Positions 27,992-38,006 of a stretch of 64,000 bases of DNA are shown here, in pieces. Below the pieces are notes generated by a model. The model ran no database searches. It saw only the letters and a list, made by a program, of their open reading frames with translations, and was not told the DNA's origin. Both the position numbers and the translations under genes were made by a program. This DNA comes from a virus, in the IMG/VR virus record IMGVR_UViG_3300025543_005580, positions 1 to 64,000 of that record. One strand, given 5' to 3'. How positions within the stretch are numbered: position 1 is the first letter of the stretch; every line of letters begins with the position of its first letter.

Positions 27992-29884
27992 TTATTTGAC
28001 ATAATTTGTTTGGAGAGATGAATTTGAAGTCCCTGTTGCTAGAGCAATGTATCTTTCATCTCCATATGTATTTTCATCTTCCAAATTAGGAAGAGGTTTA
28101 CTCATTGGAGTAGTAATATCTATTTTAGAGGGAATAAAGTTATGTATTGGAGTAAAGCTTGCTTGTACTTCTATTCTATGGGATAATTCTTTAACTGTAG
28201 AATCATAATCTCCATCATCATTTATTCCTATCTCCCAAGGAGAATCTTCAGGTATAGTATAATCTAAAGAAGTAAAAAACCCAGGTTGTTCATATAAATA
28301 ACCCCCAACAGTTAATTGCATTAAGTTACCTCTCATATACCCGTTTAAACTATAATCTGGGGCCATTGTTGATGCTAAATAATTTAATTTTTTATACATA
28401 GGAATAAGCTCTTCTTTTGACTGAGCTGCTACTGTCCAAGATAATGAAACTTGTCTGGAGAACCCATTGTAAGTATAAAAATTTTCACCTCTTCCTAGAT
28501 ACTGAGTTGGTGACCATTCACTATTATAGCTATCCCCCATACTATTTAATAATGCTCTAAAATGCATAAATGTTTTAAATGAAGGATTATCGTTGTCTAT
28601 GGCCGCTATTCTAAATTTAACTAAATCATTTTTAAAATCTCTAGCAGCATTAACATTTTCACTTCTATATATAGGTAATGCATTTATTCTATCTGTTGCT
28701 CCTCTAGAAGTTCCATCAAAATCCTTTTTCCCGGTAGTATAACTAAGAATATTTCCTTTTTTTCCAGGATCACCCATAAGTACTCTACCTTCTATAGTTT
28801 TATTATTTGAAGGATCATAATCTGGGGCTTTAGAAATAATAGAATTTGGTATTGTTTGAGTTAAAACACCATTTTGATTTCTTAATTCTTTTCTAAAATC
28901 TATTTGACGAATACCTGTAAATTGTGAAGAATCAGCTAAATCATTTATTAGGTTTTGGTCTAAAGTATTATTACCATTATTAAATACTAAAGGAGTTTGT
29001 TTAGGCCATGTATTACCTGGGGTTATGTCGGGATCGTAAACGTTAAAAAAATATGTTCCGTCTCGTTTCCCATCTTCAGTAAACCTATTATTAATTGGGT
29101 TATAAGTTAAATTTCCATATATTCCAGAAACAGATCCTGAAAATATATATGATTTATTATCCTCATTTGTTCTTGAGGGATCAAAACTACCTGATGATCC
29201 TGTAAAATATAGTGTGTTAAACCATTTATTTTGTTTACCTGTTCTTTGTTCAGGTGAAGCATATCTAATATTTGTTCTACCTATACCTAAATTAGCTCCA
29301 GGACCTCCACCATAAGATAATATACTAGTACCATCTAATGAATTTAATGTAATTCCATCTAATATACTAACACTACCATAATCAATTGATTCTTTTAACC
29401 TCCATAATCTATTTTCCTCTGGCTTTTGGTCTGTTTTAACTCTAACCCCATATAAACTATTATTGTTAGAATATGCTCCAGTGTCCTCAAATGGATTTTT
29501 ACCTTGTTTTTTAAGATGAATACCTAAAGCATTAACACCTGCTTGAGCTAGGGTATTTAATGGGTTATATGCTCCTTCATTTAATACACCGCTTGTTTGT
29601 GTGCGTACTGCTGTTCTAGATAATAATTGTTGTTTTGCTGTAAAAAATAACCCATTAGGTGATTTTAAATCAAAAAACATTTGGGTTAATCTACTTACGT
29701 CAGTAAGTGAGTCAGATACAGCATTTGCTCCTCCTCTAAGGATAAAATCTTCTTGAGAAAATAAATTACTAGCAGAATCCGGAATTGATTTTTGAATATA
29801 AGGTTGGCCACTATCCCCTCCTCCGAGGGTATCCTTCCCATATCTTAGGGACTTAAGATCTGTCTTTAAATCTATTAAAGGCAT
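27992..29884 (-). CDS. Baseplate / tail-tube initiator-like structural protein
   Basis: C-terminal FRA....DSY..EW....Y.GRGE..Y.Y.GF.R pattern; lies between the tape measure and LysM genes. Confidence 0.6.
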   Translation of the reverse strand: MPLIDLKTDLKSLRYGKDTLGGGDSGQPYIQKSIPDSASNLFSQEDFILRGGANAVSDSLTDVSRLTQMFFDLKSPNGLFFTAKQQLLSRTAVRTQTSGVLNEGAYNPLNTLAQAGVNALGIHLKKQGKNPFEDTGAYSNNNSLYGVRVKTDQKPEENRLWRLKESIDYGSVSILDGITLNSLDGTSILSYGGGPGANLGIGRTNIRYASPEQRTGKQNKWFNTLYFTGSSGSFDPSRTNEDNKSYIFSGSVSGIYGNLTYNPINNRFTEDGKRDGTYFFNVYDPDITPGNTWPKQTPLVFNNGNNTLDQNLINDLADSSQFTGIRQIDFRKELRNQNGVLTQTIPNSIISKAPDYDPSNNKTIEGRVLMGDPGKKGNILSYTTGKKDFDGTSRGATDRINALPIYRSENVNAARDFKNDLVKFRIAAIDNDNPSFKTFMHFRALLNSMGDSYNSEWSPTQYLGRGENFYTYNGFSRQVSLSWTVAAQSKEELIPMYKKLNYLASTMAPDYSLNGYMRGNLMQLTVGGYLYEQPGFFTSLDYTIPEDSPWEIGINDDGDYDSTVKELSHRIEVQASFTPIHNFIPSKIDITTPMSKPLPNLEDENTYGDERYIALATGTSNSSLQTNYVK

Positions 29885-30129
29885 TATCTAGGTGGATTAT
29901 CTAAATACTTTGATGGTGTTTTTCCATCTAAATCTAGTTGTGAAATTGCTAAATTTTGTTCAAATTTTGAATTTAAATTCATTTGTTCAGGATTTTTACC
30001 ATCTAAATCTAATTGTGATTTTTTAAATATTTTAGTAGCTTGGCTACTTAAATCCATTTTTGTGGGAGTCCCACCATCAGCATCTGTTAATGTTGATCCT
30101 TGTTTTTCTAATTTGTTTAAAAGTCCCAT
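29884..30129 (-). CDS. Small protein with a duplicated SQLDLDGKxP motif
   Basis: Two copies of SQLDLDGK(N/T)P in 81 aa; ATATTTAT motif upstream at 30144-30151. Confidence 0.65.
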   Translation of the reverse strand: MGLLNKLEKQGSTLTDADGGTPTKMDLSSQATKIFKKSQLDLDGKNPEQMNLNSKFEQNLAISQLDLDGKTPSKYLDNPPR

Positions 30130-30156
30130 AATTGTATTTTATTATAAATATTAAGT

Positions 30157-32841
30157 TTATTGCATTTTGTAATTAGATACAGACATTGCTGTTCCTACTT
30201 TAGTACCATCTAAATAAACATTTCCTCCTGATTTTACTGCTGCTAATAATTCATCAAATTTAGCATATAATTTATCAAGTGGAATAACAGCTTCTGCACC
30301 TGCTTCACCAACAAGAGCATTTGTGGGTTGATTTACAATACCTCCTTTAGCCATAGGTACCGCTCCTTCCATTGATACAGCCGTTGGAGTAATAGTACCT
30401 GCTCTATTTAAATCACGAGCAGCAATCCCAGCATCCGCAGCTAAAGATAAACCTGTACCTACTCCTGGTGCTACTAAATCTAAAAGTCCTAAACCAGCTG
30501 AGCCTAATTCCATTAATGCTCCAGCTCCATCGCCTTTTATTGCTCTATCAATAGCATATCCAACACCAACTACAGATCCTAAAATAGGAATTCTTTTTAA
30601 TAGACTTTTACCTGCAAACTTACCAGCGGTTTTACCAACTGTTTTTGCTAAACCTCCACCGACTTTTGCCGCTCCACCTAATAAACTTCCACCCATTTTA
30701 GAGGCACCACCTAATAATTTACCAGCACCACCTACTCCTTTTGATAATAATTTTCCAACTTTTCCAAATTTTCCCATTCTAGCAGCACGACCCAATACAG
30801 AACGTCCTCCCTTACTGCCTAATCTACCAAATACTCCTTTACCAGTCATACCTTTTCCAGGTATCATATCATTAATACCTCCACCTCCAAGACCTCCATC
30901 ACTAGTAACATGAAGAGGATCACCAATCCTTCCTGAAGGTTTGCCTCTTACTGAATTAACAATGCTTCTTCCTACAAGCATCATAGCTCCAATAGAACCA
31001 ACAACAGCGGCTATACCTCCAGCAAATTTTATTACTGCTTTAGCTGCTGGGTTGTTTTCTATCATCTCAAACATATGAGTAACACCATTTACTATTGACT
31101 CTAAGGGTCCCGCTATTAAAGATGTAAATCCATCTTTTATTCTTTGGACAGATGTAGCTAAAGCTTCACCTGATGCTTCTTGTTGTTCTTGGAGTTTTAC
31201 AGCATCTGCTATTGTTATTCCTTTGTCTTTTGCTATTTTTGCTAGTAATTCTTCTTTTCGTAATGAATCTGCTAATTCATCAGATGTCATATTTGCTGCT
31301 TTTGCTATAGCTTCTTGTTGTATAACATTTAGTTTTTGGAAATCAGTGTAGCTACCTACTTGTTTTCTAACTTCAGCAGCTGCTTCTGCTGATTTACCTT
31401 GAAGAGCTAAACTTCTTGCTCTTTCAAAATTTAAATCTTTACCAGTTAACAATTCTGCTTCTAATTCGGCGGATATTGATGATTCAAAATCTAATAATCC
31501 TTTTGTAGAATTTTTAGATTGTTCTAAAGTCATACCTAATTTTTGAGCTTGAGTTACTGCTCTAGCAAGTTCACCTGGGTTGTTTCTATAGTTAGCTCGT
31601 AAAGCACCACTTATACTAAGTGTTTCTTCTAATACTTTTTTATTACTTAATACTCCTTTATTAATACCACCTATAGTATCATATATACCTTCTTGACTTT
31701 CACCTGTAAGGATAGAATATTCGGCTATTTTAGCTGCTTCACTAGCTTGTAAACCTGCTCTATGTACTAATGCTGTTTGAGTATCTAATTGTTGTTGAGA
31801 ATATACAACGGATGTGCCTAAAGCCTCATTTAATTGTGCATTAGATTCTCTAGTACGTTGCATACTTTGAGCGGCTTCATGAGAGTTCATTGATATCTCT
31901 CTCATTTGTGCATTAAATTCTTTTGCAGTTGATGTACTAACTCCTAAATTACGTGCTATTTCTGCTGTTTGTAGACTAGTTTCAGTACCTATAGTATATA
32001 ACGTACTTGCTATTTTACCTAAAACGGCTAATTGTACTGCTGGGTCGTTAAGGAGAGAATCTTTTAAAGTACTAAATATACCCCCAATAGCAGCACCTAT
32101 AACTTTAAAGCCACTACCTGTTTTTGCAGCCGTTCGCATACTTTTAGAAATTTCATCTATTGATTCAGATTCAATTCCTATTTTACTTAAAGTACCTGCT
32201 ATTCCTTTAAATAATTGCCCTGTAATTCCTAGGGTTTTTTGAATTTCTCTTTCAAGTTCTACGTGCTCCTTTGTCTCTCTAACAATTTTGTGAAGTGAGG
32301 AGTATTCATCCTCTAATGCGTCATTTACTTCACTAATATATTTAGGAAGTTCTTTTAGTCTTTTTGCCTCGGAAGCATCAAGTTTTTCTGTTTTTTGCTT
32401 TTTTTCTAATTTTTCTTTTTCTAATATAGCATTTTGTCCAGATACTCTTAAACGTTCTAGCTCTGCCTTAAGTTGTTTATATTGGTTTTTTAATTGTTGT
32501 AAGGATAAAACATTTTCATCCTTTTTATGTTCTGAAAGTTTTTCTGAGGAGGAAATAATATTTCTATAAGACTTATTTATGTCTTTAAGGACTCCTGAGG
32601 TACCTGTTAATTCTTGATATGAATCATTAAGAGACTCTGTTAAACCATCATATACATTTGCTAATTCCTGAACCTCATTGTTCATGAGTCGAACTTGAGC
32701 ATTGGCTGATTTTAGATTTCCATCAAATGCTTTAGTTAATTTATCTAAATTAGCAAAACCATCCCCACCTAAACGCTTTATTTCTTCATTTAGTTGTTTT
32801 ATGCGTTTTATTGCATCATCATATTGTTGATTACTAGCCAT
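30157..32841 (-). CDS. Tail tape measure protein
   Basis: Long helical Ala/Gly-rich protein downstream of the tube and chaperone genes; C-terminal MAKGGIV..PT.ALVGEAG.EAVIPL. Confidence 0.85.
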   Translation of the reverse strand: MASNQQYDDAIKRIKQLNEEIKRLGGDGFANLDKLTKAFDGNLKSANAQVRLMNNEVQELANVYDGLTESLNDSYQELTGTSGVLKDINKSYRNIISSSEKLSEHKKDENVLSLQQLKNQYKQLKAELERLRVSGQNAILEKEKLEKKQKTEKLDASEAKRLKELPKYISEVNDALEDEYSSLHKIVRETKEHVELEREIQKTLGITGQLFKGIAGTLSKIGIESESIDEISKSMRTAAKTGSGFKVIGAAIGGIFSTLKDSLLNDPAVQLAVLGKIASTLYTIGTETSLQTAEIARNLGVSTSTAKEFNAQMREISMNSHEAAQSMQRTRESNAQLNEALGTSVVYSQQQLDTQTALVHRAGLQASEAAKIAEYSILTGESQEGIYDTIGGINKGVLSNKKVLEETLSISGALRANYRNNPGELARAVTQAQKLGMTLEQSKNSTKGLLDFESSISAELEAELLTGKDLNFERARSLALQGKSAEAAAEVRKQVGSYTDFQKLNVIQQEAIAKAANMTSDELADSLRKEELLAKIAKDKGITIADAVKLQEQQEASGEALATSVQRIKDGFTSLIAGPLESIVNGVTHMFEMIENNPAAKAVIKFAGGIAAVVGSIGAMMLVGRSIVNSVRGKPSGRIGDPLHVTSDGGLGGGGINDMIPGKGMTGKGVFGRLGSKGGRSVLGRAARMGKFGKVGKLLSKGVGGAGKLLGGASKMGGSLLGGAAKVGGGLAKTVGKTAGKFAGKSLLKRIPILGSVVGVGYAIDRAIKGDGAGALMELGSAGLGLLDLVAPGVGTGLSLAADAGIAARDLNRAGTITPTAVSMEGAVPMAKGGIVNQPTNALVGEAGAEAVIPLDKLYAKFDELLAAVKSGGNVYLDGTKVGTAMSVSNYKMQ

Positions 32842-32870
32842 AGAAGTATATTATATGTCAATAAATATGA

Positions 32871-32896
32871 AAGGGCATCATTTTTTTGATGCCCTT
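32871..32896 (-). terminator. Perfect 10-bp hairpin overlapping the stop of the frameshift ORF
   Basis: AAGGGCATCA-TTTTTT-TGATGCCCTT. Confidence 0.6.
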
Positions 32897-33156
32897 GTAA
32901 CATATGTTGGTACTTGAATTTTGTTATTTTCTTTTGCTATTTCTCTAGCAGAACCTTTAACCCAAGTGTCTTCTGGTTTTTCTTTATTATTTAATGATTC
33001 ATAATGTTCATGGATCATTTTAAATGTTAAATTCCTTAACCATATAGGCATGTTATAAATAGTATCATAATCATAACCTCCATTACCATGGAATATTATT
33101 TCATGGATTTGTCTAAACAGATTAAATCTGTAATCATGCGTCAGGCCAAAAAAAGT
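32878..33156 (-). CDS. gp51-like tail/hub assembly ORF, probably a frameshifted extension of the upstream gp26-like gene
   Basis: Not in the track. Open frame FFGLTHDYRFNLFRQIHEIIFHGNGGYDYDTIYNMPIWLRNLTF...RASKK*, beginning at a T7 run. The first ATG is only at 33051. Confidence 0.7.
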   Translation of the reverse strand, partial: TFFGLTHDYRFNLFRQIHEIIFHGNGGYDYDTIYNMPIWLRNLTFKMIHEHYESLNNKEKPEDTWVKGSAREIAKENNKIQVPTYVTRASKK

Positions 33157-33874
33157 TCATATTAATCGGAATATCGAGGTCCTCCTCTATCCCCTCTAAA
33201 AATTCATATTTGATTTTTGTATCAATCCCTGGATTAATTTTGTTGTAATAGTCTCTAAAAGATTTGGAATCACGAGCTAAAAATGCTGTATCTACAAAAT
33301 TATTTATTGTTGATCTTTCACTATCCCCATTAACTGAAAGGATCATAAATTTAAGTCGTGTAGTTAATTCTTTATTTTCTTCTTTACTTATTTTTTTATA
33401 ACCTTCAATCTCTTTATCAATGTTAGTATCATCTTTTTGGGATAAAAGTTTAAAAGTAATTTTATTACCTGAATGGGGTAATGTATATTCAAACTCATTT
33501 TTACGTGGTTTAAGAATTAAAGATTCATCTAAAGGTTTTTCTTTTAAAGTAGTTAAATCTACCTCAATTTCTTCTCCAGAAAACAAAAATTTATATTCTT
33601 TACCATATCCTAAAATACGAGAAGCAATTAAAATAGCATCTTTATCCCCTATTAGAAGATCTTCGTAATTTATATCACTAATAATTAATGATTGGAGGAG
33701 TTTATCAATTACAACGCCTTTACGTATATAATTTTGATTTGTGAGGATATCTTCTTCTTTTGCGGTCATGTATTTCATTTCAATACTACCAGAAGCTAAA
33801 GTAGATCCCTCAGGGTATAATAAACCTTTAGAAGGTAAATCAACCATTTCACTTGGAAACTTAAATTCGGTCAT
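33134..33874 (-). CDS. T4 gp26-like baseplate hub / tail assembly chaperone
   Basis: V.LPSKG..Y, MTAKEEDIL, L.IGD..AILIASRILGYG and a C-terminal FFWP; lies between the tube and tape measure genes. Confidence 0.75.
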   Translation of the reverse strand: MTEFKFPSEMVDLPSKGLLYPEGSTLASGSIEMKYMTAKEEDILTNQNYIRKGVVIDKLLQSLIISDINYEDLLIGDKDAILIASRILGYGKEYKFLFSGEEIEVDLTTLKEKPLDESLILKPRKNEFEYTLPHSGNKITFKLLSQKDDTNIDKEIEGYKKISKEENKELTTRLKFMILSVNGDSERSTINNFVDTAFLARDSKSFRDYYNKINPGIDTKIKYEFLEGIEEDLDIPINMNFFWPDA

Positions 33875-33920
33875 AATTTTTATTTGTTAATAACTTTGTT
33901 TTGTTAATACATATGAACAT

Positions 33921-33950
33921 AAAAAAAGAGCTTGACATAGCCAAGCTCTC
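33921..33950 (-). terminator. Intrinsic terminator after the tail tube gene
   Basis: Minus-strand RNA GAGCUUGG-CUAUG-UCAAGCUC-UUUUUUU. Confidence 0.8.
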
Positions 33951-33973
33951 CTTTAAAATATTTGTATTTCTTA

Positions 33974-34462
33974 TTAGAAGTTCAATACACAATAATCTGG
34001 TTGTACTTCCATAGCAATGTTAACTGCTGTACCATCATCATCCCAGTTATAATCACCCCAGTTAAGTGAAGTAATCATTGCACCTTTGATAATCCATTCA
34101 GATACGATATCACCTACAGGACCTAATACGTTAAATGTTAAGTCTTTTTTATAGAAATCACTATAACCATCTCTACCGGTTACTGATTCATGGTGTAAAC
34201 GAAGCCATTCGATAGTAGCTTGAGCACCTGAAGGGGTAATTGGGTCAAATAATGTAAACGATATAGGTCCCCAAGTGGTTTTACCTTTTACAAAACGTTG
34301 AACGTTAATATGGTTTAATGCTACACTTGATTGTGCTACATTAACACCACCTACCCCTTTAATTTCATACGAGGGGATACCATCAATATACATGATGAAG
34401 CGATTGGATTGTTTTGGTTCAAACGCTGTGAAAAATATTTCGTTGGGATCTAATACTGCCAT
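33974..34462 (-). CDS. Tail tube protein (T4 gp19-like)
   Basis: FEPK..NRF, GK..W..I..T..D and W...GA; directly follows the sheath gene. Confidence 0.85.
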   Translation of the reverse strand: MAVLDPNEIFFTAFEPKQSNRFIMYIDGIPSYEIKGVGGVNVAQSSVALNHINVQRFVKGKTTWGPISFTLFDPITPSGAQATIEWLRLHHESVTGRDGYSDFYKKDLTFNVLGPVGDIVSEWIIKGAMITSLNWGDYNWDDDGTAVNIAMEVQPDYCVLNF

Positions 34463-34510
34463 TTTATTTTTTATTTATTGCTTTATTATAAATATTTACT
34501 TTTTAAATTT

Positions 34511-36487
34511 TTACGCTGGGAAAGTTGCTCCTGTTGGTAAAATGTTGAAATCTAGGTAAATAAATTCTGCAGTTTTAGTAGGTTGGATGTAGATTTGACC
34601 AATCATTTGGTTTCTATCAATAACATCTGGTGTGTTATTTGAATCATCCATAATTACTTTAAATGCATATAAACCTTGACGTTGTTGAACTGATTCTAAG
34701 TAAGGATTTACTTGACTTAAAAATGCATTTCTAGTAGCAATAGTATTTTGTTCAAATACTAAATTTTGTCCTACTTGTGAAATGTATGATTTAAGTTGAA
34801 TCAATAATCTACGAACATTTACTCTATCTAAAGCACTTGCTCTAGTTTGTAATGTTTTTTGTCCATATACTACTGTTCCAGTTCCTGGGAATGTTGCAAT
34901 TGGGTTAACTTTAGCAGAATATAAAGTATCTCTATTTGCTTGAGTTAATTTTTGCTCAGCTCTAACAACTTGACCTAAACCACCTCTGTTTATACCTGCT
35001 GGTGCAAACCATGGTTCTGATACTGTATCGTTGTAAGCAAATACACCTGCCATTACCGTAGATGCCGGTACCCAAACGTTTTTGCCCGTATCAGGATCAA
35101 TTATCATTACCCATGGCCAATATGAAGCAGCATACGAAGTATTACGTGATGATGCTTGAGAAGTTGCGTCAGCAACTAATTTACCATATTTAACTAAATC
35201 TAATACTAATAAATTATCTCCTCTACCTTGAGTATTATTAATTAACTGAGTGCATTGAGCTGTATAATCAGCATTATATAAACCAGGAGTCATTAATATA
35301 TTGTATTGGTATTCATCTTGGTTAGCTAATAAGCTAATCATGTTATTATAGTTACCACCTTCTAAACCTTGAGTATTAGAAGCATCAATATTATTATAAA
35401 AATTAGCACCTGCTTTTACATCACCTACAGCACCTGTAAATGAACCACCTTGTGCTAATGGGAGATAAGTTGCGAATGCTGGTTTTGCAATCCCGTTATT
35501 ATCAAAATAATTTGGAGTTGGTTGATTTACTGATGAAACTGTTACGTATCTTGATCTATTAAAATATTCACCTGTTACTGCAATTTGATTAGTTACTGAG
35601 TTGTAACTTTCAACTTGGTTACCAATTACTTTAGTGATAAAATTATCAGCCATTGGATCTAATGATAAACCTGTCCAAGTTTCTAATACAATCTGATCGT
35701 TTGTATTATCATTACCTTGTCTAATAAGTAAATCAAAAGTACCATTTGCTGTAGATGGATTTGAAATTGCAAATCTAATATTATCTGAACTACCTGAAGC
35801 TAATGAACCTGAAGCATCTAATGAGCTTGAGCTGTTCATTATAACACCTTCGGAAATTGTTTTCAGCGTAAATGAAGTATTATTTACAATATCGGCATCT
35901 ACTAATGTTTTTACTGTTTGAATACCTGTTCCTCCTATACCTGTAACGGCACCGAATGTTATCACTTCACCAACTGCAAATCCAGTACCACCAGCAGTTA
36001 CTGTAGTACTTACTACAGCATCTGAGGTTACTACTACAGTTGCTACAGCACCTACACCTGAAAGTGAGCCTGTTAAAGCGATACCAGTATAAGTACCATC
36101 AACACTAGAATATGTACCTCCAGTTCCAGCACCAAGATCTGCTAATGCTAATACTCCACTTTCGTTACTATTTTGAATTGCTGTTGAAGTTGCTGAGGTA
36201 AATGAACCTGAGACTGTACGTGCAACTAATAGTGATTCACCACCATTTAGGAAATAATTATAAGCTGCAATAGAAGTAAAGTAAGTATAAGTATCACTAC
36301 CACTTTCTAAAACCGCACCAAATCTGTTTACGTAGCTGCTATATGATGTAACAACTGTTGGAACTTCGACTGGACCTTTTACTGTAGGACCAATAATAGC
36401 AGCCCCAACTGTAACGGGACCTTGAGTGATAAATGATTGATCATTTTCCCTTGCTAATACTCCAGGAGATATTAATGTTTCTGCCAT
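34511..36487 (-). CDS. Contractile tail sheath protein
   Basis: SPGV..RE.D, GP..KGP, PWFAPAG.NRG, VNPI, GQKT, RVNVRRL and PTKTAEFI. Confidence 0.95.
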   Translation of the reverse strand: MAETLISPGVLARENDQSFITQGPVTVGAAIIGPTVKGPVEVPTVVTSYSSYVNRFGAVLESGSDTYTYFTSIAAYNYFLNGGESLLVARTVSGSFTSATSTAIQNSNESGVLALADLGAGTGGTYSSVDGTYTGIALTGSLSGVGAVATVVVTSDAVVSTTVTAGGTGFAVGEVITFGAVTGIGGTGIQTVKTLVDADIVNNTSFTLKTISEGVIMNSSSSLDASGSLASGSSDNIRFAISNPSTANGTFDLLIRQGNDNTNDQIVLETWTGLSLDPMADNFITKVIGNQVESYNSVTNQIAVTGEYFNRSRYVTVSSVNQPTPNYFDNNGIAKPAFATYLPLAQGGSFTGAVGDVKAGANFYNNIDASNTQGLEGGNYNNMISLLANQDEYQYNILMTPGLYNADYTAQCTQLINNTQGRGDNLLVLDLVKYGKLVADATSQASSRNTSYAASYWPWVMIIDPDTGKNVWVPASTVMAGVFAYNDTVSEPWFAPAGINRGGLGQVVRAEQKLTQANRDTLYSAKVNPIATFPGTGTVVYGQKTLQTRASALDRVNVRRLLIQLKSYISQVGQNLVFEQNTIATRNAFLSQVNPYLESVQQRQGLYAFKVIMDDSNNTPDVIDRNQMIGQIYIQPTKTAEFIYLDFNILPTGATFPA

Positions 36488-36537
36488 TTTGTGTAGAATT
36501 TATGTTTTGTTATAAATATGTTAAAAGAGTTCAAAAT

Positions 36538-36786
36538 CTATTTTTTTACAAACTCACCTGTTTCAATATTGACATTACCGTCACCATATTTTTTCTGTAA
36601 CATAACTCCTAATTCTTCTGAGGATTTATTAACTTGTTGTAACTGATCTATTAATTTTTCTTTTGTTATTTCTAGAGATTGAATATCAAATTCTATAATA
36701 CCAAATTGGGAAATTAATTCATTTCTTGAATTATCTAAATTTTTAATTTGTAATAATTCTTCGGGTGTGAGAAACTGGTTGTCCAT
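36538..36786 (-). CDS. Small coiled-coil hypothetical protein
   Basis: Heptad-like ORF ending KYGDG.VN.ETGEF. Confidence 0.6.
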   Translation of the reverse strand: MDNQFLTPEELLQIKNLDNSRNELISQFGIIEFDIQSLEITKEKLIDQLQQVNKSSEELGVMLQKKYGDGNVNIETGEFVKK

Positions 36787-36806
36787 GATAAATATATTTT
36801 ATTTTT

Positions 36807-38006
36807 TTAAAGGTTAAGTATTTTATTAATTGATTCGATTACTTTTGTAGGTTTTATTGTTTTAGTACATTCAAACTGTCTTGTTGTATCTTTATGATCA
36901 GGGCACCATTCCCAATCACCTGGATTTAGCCATTCTCTATTAAAACATCCTGTACATACATTTTCATCATAGTTAAATACGCGTTCACAACTTAAAAACT
37001 CACTATATGGTAAACTAAATCCTGATATTAGAATTGTTGGAGTACCAACTGCCCATGATAACCAACTTAAACCACTTCCTAATCCTATAAACCCAGAAGC
37101 ATATTTTAAATCTACCATTCTGTCTTCAATCGGATAATCTCCAGTTTTATCAATTACTCCTGTTAATGTTCCCCCTAATTTAGAATCATGCCAATCATCT
37201 CCTAAACGTTCATGGGTAATCATTACTACTTTATATCCTTGATCTTTTAAATAGTTAATTATTGTTTGCCATCCTCCTGGATGATTCCAATACTTGGCAT
37301 GTGCCGAAGCGTGTGGGGCTATACAAACGTATTTCCCATCAATTTGTTGTCCTTTATTAGGTATTACAATACGTGGTTTTATTTCTGTATAATCTAAACC
37401 TAAAATAGAGGTTGAGGATTGTCCTAATGGGTGTTTTTTAAACTCAATAGGAATTTTATTTTCATTAACTGTCCTATCTTCATTATAATGCCAACCAATA
37501 CTATACATTGCGTATATGTTATTAACTTCAGTTCCTGGTTTTATAAATTCGATTTCAGGATATTCTGCTTCAAACCATTCATTGTGGAATGTAGAACATA
37601 CTACTTTACACTTGTGTTTTTTTCTAAATTCATCTACATAAGGAAACCAAGCTAATGTATCACCTAAGGCTGATGAATCTAAATGGATATAAACTCTTTT
37701 ATCCGTAGCATCATATAAGTATTCAAAATCAATTTCATTTGTTTCTTTATTAACAACTTCAATTTTCCACTTAACAAAATATTCAATATTAGCCTTAGTC
37801 CACATATTATTAGATACATCACAAGTATAACGAACTCTACCTGTCTTATGATCAATAAAATTAACAGTATACTTAGCTTCATTAGATCCTAAAACTTCTA
37901 AAAATGCTCCTTTTACAAAATTAAATTTAAAGGTGTTTGTACCTTTTTTAAAAGGTATATTTAATTGTTCTAAATTATTGTATTCTTGAATTAATACTTC
38001 TTTCAT
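36807..38006 (-). CDS. Aah/TibC-like protein O-heptosyltransferase family (GT-B)
   Basis: ALGDTLAWFPY..EF...H, AKYWN.P.GW, FIGLGSGLSWLSW..GTP..LISGFS.P..EF, and Cys cluster CTGC...CP.H....FEC. Confidence 0.85.
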   Translation of the reverse strand: MKEVLIQEYNNLEQLNIPFKKGTNTFKFNFVKGAFLEVLGSNEAKYTVNFIDHKTGRVRYTCDVSNNMWTKANIEYFVKWKIEVVNKETNEIDFEYLYDATDKRVYIHLDSSALGDTLAWFPYVDEFRKKHKCKVVCSTFHNEWFEAEYPEIEFIKPGTEVNNIYAMYSIGWHYNEDRTVNENKIPIEFKKHPLGQSSTSILGLDYTEIKPRIVIPNKGQQIDGKYVCIAPHASAHAKYWNHPGGWQTIINYLKDQGYKVVMITHERLGDDWHDSKLGGTLTGVIDKTGDYPIEDRMVDLKYASGFIGLGSGLSWLSWAVGTPTILISGFSLPYSEFLSCERVFNYDENVCTGCFNREWLNPGDWEWCPDHKDTTRQFECTKTIKPTKVIESINKILNL

